Shown here: positions 29,438 through 39,483 of the stretch, one piece after another
Layout: each line of letters opens with the position of its first letter
Numbering within the stretch: the stretch's first letter is position 1
Source of the DNA: Candidatus Poribacteria bacterium
GTDB taxonomy: Bacteria > Poribacteria > WGA-4E > PCPOR2b
Direction of reading: 5' to 3'
Assembly (NCBI GenBank): GCA_965198175.1
Contig: OZ240245.1
Span: 2,976,001-3,040,000 of the forward strand
Length of the DNA: 64,000 nucleotides
Translations under genes and position numbers: made by a program
Notes under the pieces: model-generated
Told to the model about the DNA's origin: nothing
What the model saw: the letters and a program-made list of their open reading frames with translations, nothing else
Database searches by the model: none

Positions 29438-32400
29438 TCAATCCGCCGGTTGAGGTGCTAGGTCGAGGCTAGGTGCCTCGGTGAAGTGCCGCTCGTGGCG
29501 ACCGCGTTCATGGAATTCACCACGAACATCAGCGCTAAAGGTTCGCCAGACCAGCAATTGCTTGCGAATTAGGTTCAAGAAGCGACGGTTGACGCGCTTC
29601 CAAGAAGCAATTTCTCCACTTTCACGGTGTACATCAAGGGTGATGTTGTAGAGTTCCTCTTCTTCTCCGCCAACTGGGGAAGTTACGAATCGAATTGATT
29701 GACCGACTCCAAGATCGTAGGGCGCTACCCAAGCCATCATGCTAATCACGTACGATTCTTTTTGCCTGCCTTCAATCTCTTCCGTTGACCGGCTAAACGA
29801 GATCTCGTCAGTATAGAAGTCGCTGGCAGATTCGTCGGAGTGGGCTTCAAAATAGTCCCGCATAAATACGTTCAAGCCAAGTGATTCCTCGGAGAGAACG
29901 GTGAAAGGAAGATCGAAATGCCACTCATCACCTTCTGGTTCTGGTAACTTCCACTTCCGTTCGATATCGGGGACAGCCATCCGTCCGGCTTTAACTGCGG
30001 GGTAGAGTGTGCTGCTGACTACCACCAGCATCACAATAATGGTTGCCACCACTGTTGACATTGATGAGTAATTGAGGGTCAATCCGGCAAGCCAGCCGAA
30101 ATTTACCAAGACAGTTGCAACGACTTGACCAAGTAGGTAACCGAGCACTGCCCCCACAATCGCATATACACATGCCTCTGCCAAGAACAGAAATGCAATA
30201 TGCACCGGAGCTAGCCCCACGGAGCTGTAAATGCCAATCTCCCGAACTCTCTCGTAGACTGCACCGAGCATTGTATTGAGTACTATCAAAGACGCGATGA
30301 GGATTGGCACAAACAGGTTCCCCATCCCAGAAAAGGAAGTCATCCCAATTGAACTGTAGAGGTAGGTATCTTTGTTCCGACCGACAAAAAAGTCGAGCGC
30401 GATGCGGCTCATAAGGGGCGCCATGATTAAATCTAGTTTATCAACTCCGGTCAGGAACGGCGGATCGCCTTCTTGTGGATCCATATTTACCGCCACTGAT
30501 CGCAACGTTCCACCTTGGTTAATAATCACCTCGTATGGCAAAATTGCGATGCTATCAGGTGTAAGGTGCAGGTATTTCTGCAACTCTCCTTCGAGGGTTT
30601 CTTCTCCTTCTCCTCCACGCGATTGCTGCTGATGCATTAGTTGATAATCGACAGGAGTAAGCTCTTCTCCATCATTGTCGGTCAAATCCTTAAAGCCAAT
30701 GCCCAACACACCGGTGACAGTAAATTTGGCTCCATAAACCGAGATGGTCGCTTTCCCCATGTCAGCTTCGGTGATTTCTAGGAGATCCGCCATGCCTTTC
30801 GGCAAGACGCACGCATACGGCCATTGAGTCGGCCACTCCGCTTCGTCAGCAGGGTCAAACCATTTGCCATACTGGAGGTAGCGATCAATGCCGGTGACCC
30901 CCGGTTCATCTGGACTCATACCCACTAGCATGTTTGCCGCAAAGCTTAGTGGCTGACCGGTCAATGGATCTTTCGGCGGCACACGATCCTTGGGATTGCC
31001 GATACGCGTCATCTGCACGAACGACTGATCGCCGGTACCCGACGATTGATACCACGCCCGCGGGGCAACAACGTTGTGTACGGTGATATACGCCCCATCT
31101 TTCAGTCCACCGGCAGATGTCGAGGATACCTCCTCAACCCCAATGCCACTTTGGCTTTCATTTTTAACCGAGGCAAGTAGTGTAGCAATTTCTGCCGGGG
31201 ACTTCCCTCTCTTTTTCAACAGCACCCGGAGTTCATTTTCACCAATCCGCGTTTTTTGCATGTCGTTCATCACCGATGTGATCACTGGTTCCTCTAAGGG
31301 AATCCAGTATTGATCGCGAATCAACATCCCTGTGTATTTAGGCGTTACAGAAGGCAAGGAGGTGCTGTTGGGCTGCATAAAGGTACGAACCGATGTGAAG
31401 GAGATTACCGTAAAGGTTAAAATCACCAGCGTGGCACATGTGAGGAAAGTGCGCCCTTTCCGCTTGCGCATATTGGAGATACCAAGGCTAAATGCCGCGG
31501 CAGAAGCGGCAAGCCGACCAACATCCGCTTTGTAGACCTTTGAGCGCTCCTGCTTGATCTGTTCTAATTGTTCTTCAAACTTCCGGATGATGATACTGAT
31601 CACGATTACAGTCAATGCCAGCACAACGAAGGCGATTAGGATGATAACCGGCGTTGTGGTAATCTGGAAGGCAGGATGTGCTTGCGAGAGGAAAAAGAAC
31701 ACCACGATAAAGATTGCAAACACCCCGAGAATTTGTTTTTGAACATCTGAAAATGCGAAAATCAGACGTTCCATAAAGTACGCAAAGGGAATTAGCAGTG
31801 CAAGATAGAACATGACACCATTAACGACATCGTTACCCGTCTTCTTGACATCTGGATAGGCGCGCGATTCGTAGCCCCATGCCCCGCGGGCGAGCTTCAT
31901 CGCCATCGAATAGTCCTTTTTATCCAAAGCAACTTCTGCCTGTTCCAAATGTTCGTGTGAAAAGAGGTGCAGCTTATCTAGTCGATCGCTGCTAATGCCG
32001 AAACGTTTGTAGAGGCTGGTCCGATTTTCATCGAGCCACCACATGTCGCGCACGACGACGTAAGGGGTAAGGCGAACGGATCCATTTTCTTGTACGACGA
32101 ACCCTTCTCCAGTGTAGAGGGTTGGGTTTTTAGCACCGCTTTTTCCAGCTTTAATCAGCAGCAACCGCTTGCCAATCTGACCATATGCCATGCCAATTTT
32201 GATGCGGGAATTCGGTTCAGAATAGACTAATGCGATCGGCTCCGTTGCCGAAACCATCGGTTGTTGCCACGGTTTGGACACCCCATATTTTTCCGGTGGG
32301 CTGTCGCTTAGCGCATCGTAAACGCTCAATTCACGAAGGGTACGCAGGTAACGCTGATCGACTAAGTCGTAGATAGTTGTGGACACGCAAGGAAAAACCA

Positions 32401-35400
32401 CGATTCGACAACCGCGGCGACGCGTGGTAATAGGCACCTTATTCGGCAAAAGTTCAGCCCCAAAGTTTCCCAAATCGGGTGCGTAGACAATATCACCCGA
32501 ATCGGAATCGAGGATATACGCCTCGACTTCCTGTGTGCCGCCGCGTCGCTGGATGGCGCGCCCTTCCATCGCGAGCCCAACGACTTCAAAGACCCCTTTG
32601 TTATCCCCCATGGCAAAGACATCACCGCGGACCCCCATCATTGTTTTATTCTTTCGCCGCAACGTAAGAATCGGATGCGGCACCGGTTTGTTCGGCAAGG
32701 CGCTTTCACGCGCGTCATACTCCACAACATCGCCGAACAGATTGCAATAGAAGTTTCCCACCCGCGCGGCGGTCGGCATCTTCGGGTCACGCATCGCCTG
32801 AATCAGAATTGCTGCGAGCGTCTTGGCTTGTTTGTGCAGGTTGCCATCTTCCCTCAAATCCATTTTATCAATTGTATCTAACGGCGTGTCGGTAAGGACC
32901 CGCGCATCATCAATGGTGGCGAAGGCAATTCCCGTTTTGCCGATCAGCGTCGCGACTTCGCTGTCGAATGCAATTTTGCCGGGGATATAAGTTGTCCACG
33001 TTTTTCCGCCTGAAGCAGAAATCGCGTTAACGAAGTTGGTGTCTCCTCCCAAACCAACAATGTCAATTAATGTCTTGATATCGTCAATCTCATCCTCTGT
33101 CAGCTCTGATGGTTTTACATTTCGAAGGGCAAGCATCGCTGGAAGCCGATTGAAGAGGCGAATACTGTTCTTGCGATCTTTGCGAGATTCCCGCAAATCG
33201 TTTCGGATAAATCGCTCCACCTCCTTGCGGATGTAGTCCATATCCTTGAGCATATCTTCGGAAGGCTCACCCCGATTTCTCATTTGTTCAAACTGCATCT
33301 TCATTAAGCGGGAGACACCGGAAAGCTCGACCAATGTATCGTAATGTTCGTCAATTAGCGTTTCCAACGATTTGCCATCGATGGCTTGTTTTGACTCAAT
33401 GCCAGATGCAACTTCCCATTGACTGGTCATCACAGCTTGCCAAATCTGATCGTCAGTAAACGTCCAGAGGTTGTTAATGCGGACGCCAAAGTCTACATCT
33501 TCGGCATACTGCGCGAGTTTGTTACCGATGAATGCAAACTCTCGCCGCAGCACAAATTCAGGCTGCTGATCGTAGAACCATCCTTTATTGAACACACCGA
33601 ATTTGTCATTTTGGGTGGACAGATCGATAGCAACAAACAAAGAGGTATAATAGCGGTTGAAGAGGTCCTGGAGGGCAATTGCCTGCTCCATGTTCGTAAT
33701 TTTCCGATCGTATTCCGGCTTGCTAATGCGTGCGATGACTTGCACTCGTTTTTGAATGTTGCGGAATCTTGCATTCCGCAGCGTGAGCATGTTATCGCGT
33801 AGCAGGGTCTTCGTTTCTTCTGGAAGATCTCGGTCGAGCTCATCTAGGCGGTTAAACATATTCTGAAGTTCTACAACGTCGTTCTTAGCACGCTGTTTAA
33901 CCAGTTGAAGCAGACGCCGCTGTTCAAGGTACGCGACAATCTGCGTGCGTGCCTCTATCGCCGCGTCAACCTCATCTGCTGGAAGATAGTGCCTTAATAC
34001 CAGTAATTCTTCCTCAAGATATAGGCGGTTCACTGAAGCGTGGCGTTCCAATTTCAAAAGCGATGCGATTCGCTGTCGCTCGAGTCTTGCGTTTCGCATG
34101 GCCGTTTCAAAAATCGATCGTTTGTCTTTGGTCAGTTCTTCGATAAAAATGGCATGAGATTCCCGAGCCACTGCGCCGCCATCTGCGCCTTCAATCTCTG
34201 CCAATTTTTGACGGAGTTGTTTCTGAATTGTCTTGAAGCGGTCCAGACTTGATTCACCGAGGAATGGGCCAATCATCGTGTCAATGTCATCAGGAGCATG
34301 GGCGGCATCTCTCTGCAGATCGTTAATGGTGACTTTGATTCGTGACTCAGAGTCTGTATCGGTAGGAATTTTTTGCAGGGCGCGGTTAAGGAGTTGTTTT
34401 TCTTCGGCAATATACTCGTCTAAGGCAGCATTGGCGCGATGCACAATTTTGCGGTACCCCTTTATCTGCTCTAAGCCGTGAAAATCGAGATGCCGATCCA
34501 AGAGCTGTTCCTGAGCATATTGTAGCGCAAATTTTCGGCGGTCTTTAAGTTCCCAATCCTCCAAATAGTCAGAGAGTCGCTGCACATCTATCGCCAAAGG
34601 TGTGTTAACCAAATCAGGAGGCACTGGGAGATAGTAGTGGTCATCTTCTCCCTTTCGCGGTTTCAAATAAGAACCCTCAGCCGTTCGGCCATAGCTTCCA
34701 CCAATGTTATTCGCCACCAAATCTGCCTCCAGTTTTGCAATCGCCCACTCATCAAGCCGTGCCATCGGCAATGCGATATTCTCAATCAGCTCTCGCTGCG
34801 CTTTTCGAGACTCTTCCAGCGCTTGAGTTCTGAGATTATCCACTCGCCTGACCACAGATCGCAAAAATTGGGTGGTTTGTAACGCGTCCTTTTTGAACTT
34901 AGCCAAGTTTATTTCAAGGCGGGATTGCTCTTCCTGCGTAAATCCCTGCTTTTCCCGCTTCTTGGTGGTTTCAAGCTTCTTCTTCTGTTTCTCTTTATAA
35001 TCCCGCTGGGCGTTACGAAGCCAATCAACACGGCCTCGAGTCGCCTCAAGATCGCCTAGTGTAATTTGGAGCGAATTGAGGGCAGCATCCTGTTGATGGA
35101 CTTCGTAAAAGAAATTCGGTGGCAAATCCACTAAGACATTTCGATCGATCGATAGCAATAGTTTTCGACCAAGTTCTTTAAATTCAAATAGATCCGCAGC
35201 TAACCCTCGACGCAGCCCACGCATAGTAGGTGTCCCTGGTGAATCCGCTCCGCGCCCGACGACATCTTGACCAATTCCCTCCATAAATGCTCGCATACCC
35301 GCTAACCCCTGGAAATGGGCGTCCGAAGCAACAAACAGGATCGAGCGCCCCGGGCGGAATTCCGATTTGCTAAATATACGAGCCAGTTCTAGAAGGGCAG

Positions 35401-36874
35401 CAATTCCGCCGGTCGGATCGGCTCCCGGCGCAATCGCTGGAACAACCGACATCGAGTCGTAATACGCTGTGATCACGACAAGCTCATCTTTGAGTGCAGG
35501 ATCGCCGCCATCAAGGAAACCGCGAATATTCTGCCCAATTCGTCGTTCCCAGTTCATGGTCGCGCTGAGACGGACGAAGAGTTGGCTATCCGCCTTCTGT
35601 CGTTCGCTAGCAGAGGACGAAATGCGGGGAGCTTCTCCCAGCATCGCTAACAGTTTGCCAGTATCGGCTTGCGAAATCCAAAACCTCGGTATGTTGGCAG
35701 GAACGGTCAGAAACTTATTCTCCGCTTCCCCGCGAATTGTGGTTTCCGGCTCTATGAAAATCACAGCCTTCGCACCGAGCATTGCCGCGTTGATCCATTT
35801 CGTGCTGGAGTTAAAATCAATTAGCACAACACTGCCACGGGGTATAAAGAGGCTCGATTCGTAAGCAGCGACGAACTCGCCATCTTCGTCAATGCGTCCG
35901 TTGTTATTGTTGTCAATCCCATCTGTCTCTTCGCCGGGTTGCTCATCAATAAAGCCATCTGCGTCGTTATCAATGCCATCTGTATCCCAATGTAGTATAT
36001 CAGCGAGGAGAGGGATTTCACCATATTCATCAATTTGACCATCCTCGTTGTTATCAATTCCGTCCTCAGTTTTCTGGAGATGGCTATTAAGTACATCGTC
36101 GGTGATACTCCCGACACCAACACGGAAGCGATGGGCGATGTCGCGCAAGGCATCACCTGGCTGAACCTTGTACCAAAAACCACCGATATCTTTGCCATTA
36201 AAGTCTGCTAGTTCCCCCCCACTACCGTAAAAGAGTGGCACAGTTAAGCCGCCGGTAGGAATAAAAACCGTATTACCGTCAATCAAGGCGAATTCGCCAG
36301 GCTCATCGACCTGACCATCTCCGTTGTTGTCCTGCCCATCGGTCGCATGATCTTGCAGAAACTGATTGTGGGAGTCATTCAGAATGGACTGGACATCAAC
36401 ACGGTAGGATTGGGCAATTGCTTCTAGGGTTTCTTTGTCTTGAACAAGGTGTTTGATTCCAGTAGGGAGTAGCGAGGTTCGGACCAGGTTTGGCCAAACA
36501 GATCGGATTTTAAAGGTTTCAATTGCAGTCCCGTCTGCGCTAAGGACCTCAAGCTTTCCGTCGTCATGGTCGATGGGAACGGCGATTGGGAATTCGCGAC
36601 TTTCGACATTCTGCAAGCCGATTTCAACGAATCGGTCAAAGATATACTTGCTGGCGGAAGCTGCTCCGGGATAGCCCGTAACGCGACTCGACAGGCTGGA
36701 AAGCCGTGCAATGTCCTTTCGCATGCCGCCGATGTCCACCTGGGCCCGAATCTCCACCGCAATTTCCGAAAGACCAATGGATTGGTCTCCTTCGGATGCG
36801 AGAAGTATCTGTGTAGAGATTAAAGCAAGCAGGCACAGTCCTAAAACGCAGACGAACGAGTTTCTCGCACACAT
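29438..36874 (-). CDS. 2478-aa fusion: M28-like peptidase fold with LysM and DGxDN repeats, coiled-coil inserts, FtsX/MacB-like permease
   Basis: Signal peptide; SRVTGYPG; TAYYDS..PGAD; two LysM-like motifs; four DGxDNxxxGxxDE repeats; SNMRKRKGRT and VYERVREIGIYSSVG permease motifs. Confidence 0.85.
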   Translation of the reverse strand: MCARNSFVCVLGLCLLALISTQILLASEGDQSIGLSEIAVEIRAQVDIGGMRKDIARLSSLSSRVTGYPGAASASKYIFDRFVEIGLQNVESREFPIAVPIDHDDGKLEVLSADGTAIETFKIRSVWPNLVRTSLLPTGIKHLVQDKETLEAIAQSYRVDVQSILNDSHNQFLQDHATDGQDNNGDGQVDEPGEFALIDGNTVFIPTGGLTVPLFYGSGGELADFNGKDIGGFWYKVQPGDALRDIAHRFRVGVGSITDDVLNSHLQKTEDGIDNNEDGQIDEYGEIPLLADILHWDTDGIDNDADGFIDEQPGEETDGIDNNNNGRIDEDGEFVAAYESSLFIPRGSVVLIDFNSSTKWINAAMLGAKAVIFIEPETTIRGEAENKFLTVPANIPRFWISQADTGKLLAMLGEAPRISSSASERQKADSQLFVRLSATMNWERRIGQNIRGFLDGGDPALKDELVVITAYYDSMSVVPAIAPGADPTGGIAALLELARIFSKSEFRPGRSILFVASDAHFQGLAGMRAFMEGIGQDVVGRGADSPGTPTMRGLRRGLAADLFEFKELGRKLLLSIDRNVLVDLPPNFFYEVHQQDAALNSLQITLGDLEATRGRVDWLRNAQRDYKEKQKKKLETTKKREKQGFTQEEQSRLEINLAKFKKDALQTTQFLRSVVRRVDNLRTQALEESRKAQRELIENIALPMARLDEWAIAKLEADLVANNIGGSYGRTAEGSYLKPRKGEDDHYYLPVPPDLVNTPLAIDVQRLSDYLEDWELKDRRKFALQYAQEQLLDRHLDFHGLEQIKGYRKIVHRANAALDEYIAEEKQLLNRALQKIPTDTDSESRIKVTINDLQRDAAHAPDDIDTMIGPFLGESSLDRFKTIQKQLRQKLAEIEGADGGAVARESHAIFIEELTKDKRSIFETAMRNARLERQRIASLLKLERHASVNRLYLEEELLVLRHYLPADEVDAAIEARTQIVAYLEQRRLLQLVKQRAKNDVVELQNMFNRLDELDRDLPEETKTLLRDNMLTLRNARFRNIQKRVQVIARISKPEYDRKITNMEQAIALQDLFNRYYTSLFVAIDLSTQNDKFGVFNKGWFYDQQPEFVLRREFAFIGNKLAQYAEDVDFGVRINNLWTFTDDQIWQAVMTSQWEVASGIESKQAIDGKSLETLIDEHYDTLVELSGVSRLMKMQFEQMRNRGEPSEDMLKDMDYIRKEVERFIRNDLRESRKDRKNSIRLFNRLPAMLALRNVKPSELTEDEIDDIKTLIDIVGLGGDTNFVNAISASGGKTWTTYIPGKIAFDSEVATLIGKTGIAFATIDDARVLTDTPLDTIDKMDLREDGNLHKQAKTLAAILIQAMRDPKMPTAARVGNFYCNLFGDVVEYDARESALPNKPVPHPILTLRRKNKTMMGVRGDVFAMGDNKGVFEVVGLAMEGRAIQRRGGTQEVEAYILDSDSGDIVYAPDLGNFGAELLPNKVPITTRRRGCRIVVFPCVSTTIYDLVDQRYLRTLRELSVYDALSDSPPEKYGVSKPWQQPMVSATEPIALVYSEPNSRIKIGMAYGQIGKRLLLIKAGKSGAKNPTLYTGEGFVVQENGSVRLTPYVVVRDMWWLDENRTSLYKRFGISSDRLDKLHLFSHEHLEQAEVALDKKDYSMAMKLARGAWGYESRAYPDVKKTGNDVVNGVMFYLALLIPFAYFMERLIFAFSDVQKQILGVFAIFIVVFFFLSQAHPAFQITTTPVIILIAFVVLALTVIVISIIIRKFEEQLEQIKQERSKVYKADVGRLAASAAAFSLGISNMRKRKGRTFLTCATLVILTFTVISFTSVRTFMQPNSTSLPSVTPKYTGMLIRDQYWIPLEEPVITSVMNDMQKTRIGENELRVLLKKRGKSPAEIATLLASVKNESQSGIGVEEVSSTSAGGLKDGAYITVHNVVAPRAWYQSSGTGDQSFVQMTRIGNPKDRVPPKDPLTGQPLSFAANMLVGMSPDEPGVTGIDRYLQYGKWFDPADEAEWPTQWPYACVLPKGMADLLEITEADMGKATISVYGAKFTVTGVLGIGFKDLTDNDGEELTPVDYQLMHQQQSRGGEGEETLEGELQKYLHLTPDSIAILPYEVIINQGGTLRSVAVNMDPQEGDPPFLTGVDKLDLIMAPLMSRIALDFFVGRNKDTYLYSSIGMTSFSGMGNLFVPILIASLIVLNTMLGAVYERVREIGIYSSVGLAPVHIAFLFLAEACVYAIVGAVLGYLLGQVVATVLVNFGWLAGLTLNYSSMSTVVATIIVMLVVVSSTLYPAVKAGRMAVPDIERKWKLPEPEGDEWHFDLPFTVLSEESLGLNVFMRDYFEAHSDESASDFYTDEISFSRSTEEIEGRQKESYVISMMAWVAPYDLGVGQSIRFVTSPVGGEEEELYNITLDVHRESGEIASWKRVNRRFLNLIRKQLLVWRTFSADVRGEFHERGRHERHFTEAPSLDLAPQPAD

Positions 36875-36995
36875 AATTTTATTCTCCCTTGATTACCCCC
36901 GGGTTTACTAATAAGGTAAGATTAATAGGTGGCATGGTAAATTTGGGGATGGTACAATTTTGGGGTGTTTTTTCCCATCTGTTAACTTCCGTCAG

Positions 36996-37024
36996 ATTCT
37001 ATCATAGTCAAGAAATCTTGTCAA
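36996..37024 (-). promoter_or_regulatory. Sigma70-type promoter of the giant-protein operon
   Basis: TTGACA-N17-TAGAAT with extended -10 TG. Confidence 0.65.
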
Positions 37025-37305
37025 GGCACAAAAACCACCAATTTGATAAATCTCTTGCAGTTTTGCATTTTGAAATGGTATCTTTCTTGAGTGTCTTGTC
37101 CAGCCACAGAAGTTCACCGTTTTGCAGAGCGGTTGCTTGATTGGTAATTGGTGCAAAGTATGGTGTGACTGATGAGTGGTAATGGAAATTTCTAAAGAAT
37201 CCGAGATATTCACTCTTTGACCAGAGAGAATCCATCTGATTAATCCTCAATATCTCAAGAAATCACAAATTGTGCGAAATTCCGTAGAAGCTATGGAGGT
37301 TCCCA

Positions 37306-38055
37306 ATGAGCAAATATAAAGTAGGCTGTCATTTAATTATCTACGGCGATCGTCCCAACAATGATCTTCCTGGTGTCCTCGCCGAAATTTCCGCAGCCGG
37401 TTACAATGGCATAGAAACAGGTGACCCGACAACAGGAGGCAGATCAATTGATGAAGTAAAAGATTTGCTGGCGTCCCATAACTTAGCGCCTACAGGAGTT
37501 CACGTCGGTTATGGTAGCCTTGAGAACTTTGACAGAATGATTAAAGTCACTGAAGCGATGGGATGTGGTTACTTAATGGTTTCTGGCGTCGGTAGGAACG
37601 ATATCCTTGAAGACTATGAACGTGCCGCTGAAGTCTTCAACGAGGTTGGACGACGTTGCAACGATGCAGGCATTAGATTATGCTACCACAATCACAGTTG
37701 GGAATTTAAAGATTTTGGCGGGACTACGGGAATTTTGAAGCTATATGAATCGACAGATCCCCAACTCGTTTATGCTTGTGTGGACACTTACTGGGTGAAG
37801 CATGGCGGCGAAGATCCTGTAGTATTCCTAAAGCAATATGCGAATCGTGTTGCCTATCTTCACTTCAAGGATATGAACCCTGATGGCTCTTTCGGAGAAG
37901 TCGGGCACGGTATTCTAGATTGGACAGCAATCATGGGTGCAATCGAAGAAATTGACGTTGAGTGGCTGATGGTCGAGCAAGATCGAACGGACAAAGTACC
38001 TAAAGAGAGTATCACGATGAGTTGTCAATTCATGCGTGAGGTACTGAGAATATAA
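37306..38055 (+). CDS. Sugar phosphate isomerase/epimerase (IolE-like TIM barrel)
   Basis: GYNGIE, YHNHSWEF, DTYW, LHFKD, VEQD. Confidence 0.9.
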   Translation: MSKYKVGCHLIIYGDRPNNDLPGVLAEISAAGYNGIETGDPTTGGRSIDEVKDLLASHNLAPTGVHVGYGSLENFDRMIKVTEAMGCGYLMVSGVGRNDILEDYERAAEVFNEVGRRCNDAGIRLCYHNHSWEFKDFGGTTGILKLYESTDPQLVYACVDTYWVKHGGEDPVVFLKQYANRVAYLHFKDMNPDGSFGEVGHGILDWTAIMGAIEEIDVEWLMVEQDRTDKVPKESITMSCQFMREVLRI

Positions 38056-38117
38056 TCAGACCTTGCGAAAATCCCTAACCTTCTGCAAGTGTAAGATACT
38101 ATAAGCAATAGAACTGT

Positions 38118-38825
38118 ATGACAGAGGATCGTTGCAAAGTCAAAATCTGTGGGACAACCACTGTTGCAGATGCACAGATGGTAGTGGAGGCGGGGGTTGA
38201 CTACTCCGGGATTGTCGTTGAAACGCCTTTCTCCGAGCGATCTATTTCTATTCCTCAAGCTGCCGAGATTGCACGCTATACCCCGATTCCAACCATTGCG
38301 CTGGTATTTAATCGACCGATAGACTGGGTTCAAAAGGCAGTTGAAAAGATCGAGCCTTTTGCAATTCAACTGCTTGGACATGAAGTTCCCGACGAAATTT
38401 TACGACTGAAACGGCTGCTATCGTGCGAAGTCTGGAAATCGTTGTTTCTGCCGTCAGATGGTGGACAAAAAATTGATGCTCATGACATCTACGCTCAAGC
38501 AAAAGCCTACATCAGCGCTGGTGCGGACGCCCTGTTGTTTGACACTGTCGATTTCAGTTCGGCAAAGGCTCGATTTGGTGGAACCGGCAGAACCAGCGAT
38601 TGGAACTTTGCAAGGCAACTTATAGGCGATTCTCAAATACCAGCGTTCTTGTCCGGAGGAATTCGCTCTGAAAATGTCAGGGCAGCAATTGAAAACGTAC
38701 GTCCTTATGGTATCGATCTTTGTTCAGGTGTTGAATCGGCGAAGGGTGTGCGTGATTCGCAGAAGCTGGAGTTACTCATGCAACAGGTCCGAGCTGCTTC
38801 CATTGCGCACTCCTTGCCGACTTAG
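38118..38825 (+). CDS. trpF: Phosphoribosylanthranilate isomerase
   Basis: KVKICG, FGGTGRTSDW, LSGGI, GIDLCSGVE. Confidence 0.9.
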   Translation: MTEDRCKVKICGTTTVADAQMVVEAGVDYSGIVVETPFSERSISIPQAAEIARYTPIPTIALVFNRPIDWVQKAVEKIEPFAIQLLGHEVPDEILRLKRLLSCEVWKSLFLPSDGGQKIDAHDIYAQAKAYISAGADALLFDTVDFSSAKARFGGTGRTSDWNFARQLIGDSQIPAFLSGGIRSENVRAAIENVRPYGIDLCSGVESAKGVRDSQKLELLMQQVRAASIAHSLPT

Positions 38826-38864
38826 GTGGCTTTCGGGCAATTCCCTAAGTCTAATCGGAGGCGT

Positions 38865-38891
38865 AAAAAAACCGAGAGCGTTTGCCCTCGG
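38865..38891 (-). terminator. Terminator downstream of hicA
   Basis: A7 run followed by a CCGAG...CTCGG stem. Confidence 0.5.
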
Positions 38892-38899
38892 CTGAACGT

Positions 38900-39085
38900 T
38901 TAGATACTTGGTATTCCTAAATCCTTGCAGATTCTTTTAGCCAATAGATCGACTATTTCTCTATGTCGTGGTACTTTGCTTTTAGTATTTAATTCAGTGT
39001 TAATCCAAATAGTGTGATTACTGCCCTCTCTAAGCTGCTCTCAATTATGTGAGCGTAAATGCTTTAGTAATTTCTGTCGTTTCAT
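38900..39085 (-). pseudogene. hicA: HicA family toxin with in-frame TGA at codon 15
   Basis: MKRQKLLKHLRSHN*EQLREGSNHTIWIN...VPRHREIVDLLAKRICKDLGIPSI, directly downstream of hicB. Confidence 0.82.
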
Positions 39086-39097
39086 TCATAAATCAAC

Positions 39098-39325
39098 TCA
39101 TAGGTAAATTGGCACTTCTTGATAATAGTTTCTAGATATGATATTTTCAGATTGCTCTTTATCATATTCTAGAATGTCTCTTAAGCCCAGATGCAGTGAT
39201 TCGATAAGTTCTTCATACGTATGTTCTTGGCAATTTACACCAGGGACTTCTTTAACCCATCCTATCCACCATTCCCCGTGTTTTTGGATGATGGCAGTAT
39301 ATTCTTTTTGCTTTGATGCTGTCAC
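39098..39325 (-). CDS. hicB: HicB family antitoxin (short form)
   Basis: YTAIIQKHGEWWIGWVKEVPGVNCQEHTYEELIESL. GTG start after GGAGG. Confidence 0.85.
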   Translation of the reverse strand: MTASKQKEYTAIIQKHGEWWIGWVKEVPGVNCQEHTYEELIESLHLGLRDILEYDKEQSENIISRNYYQEVPIYL

Positions 39326-39389
39326 GTCACATTGCCTCCATTTTATTGCTGCACATTGCGACAAACTATCCTACAATTGCATCAACGGA

Positions 39390-39418
39390 AGGCTACCATA
39401 TATGGCATGTTATGTCAA
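39390..39418 (-). promoter_or_regulatory. Putative hicBA promoter with palindrome
   Basis: TTGACA-N17-TAGCCT, with palindrome CCATATATGG (39396-39405) in the spacer. Confidence 0.45.
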
Positions 39419-39483
39419 CCTTTTTTCTCACAACCTACAACCCAGACCCAAAACTACTTATTGCCTAATTATATGTGATCGCC

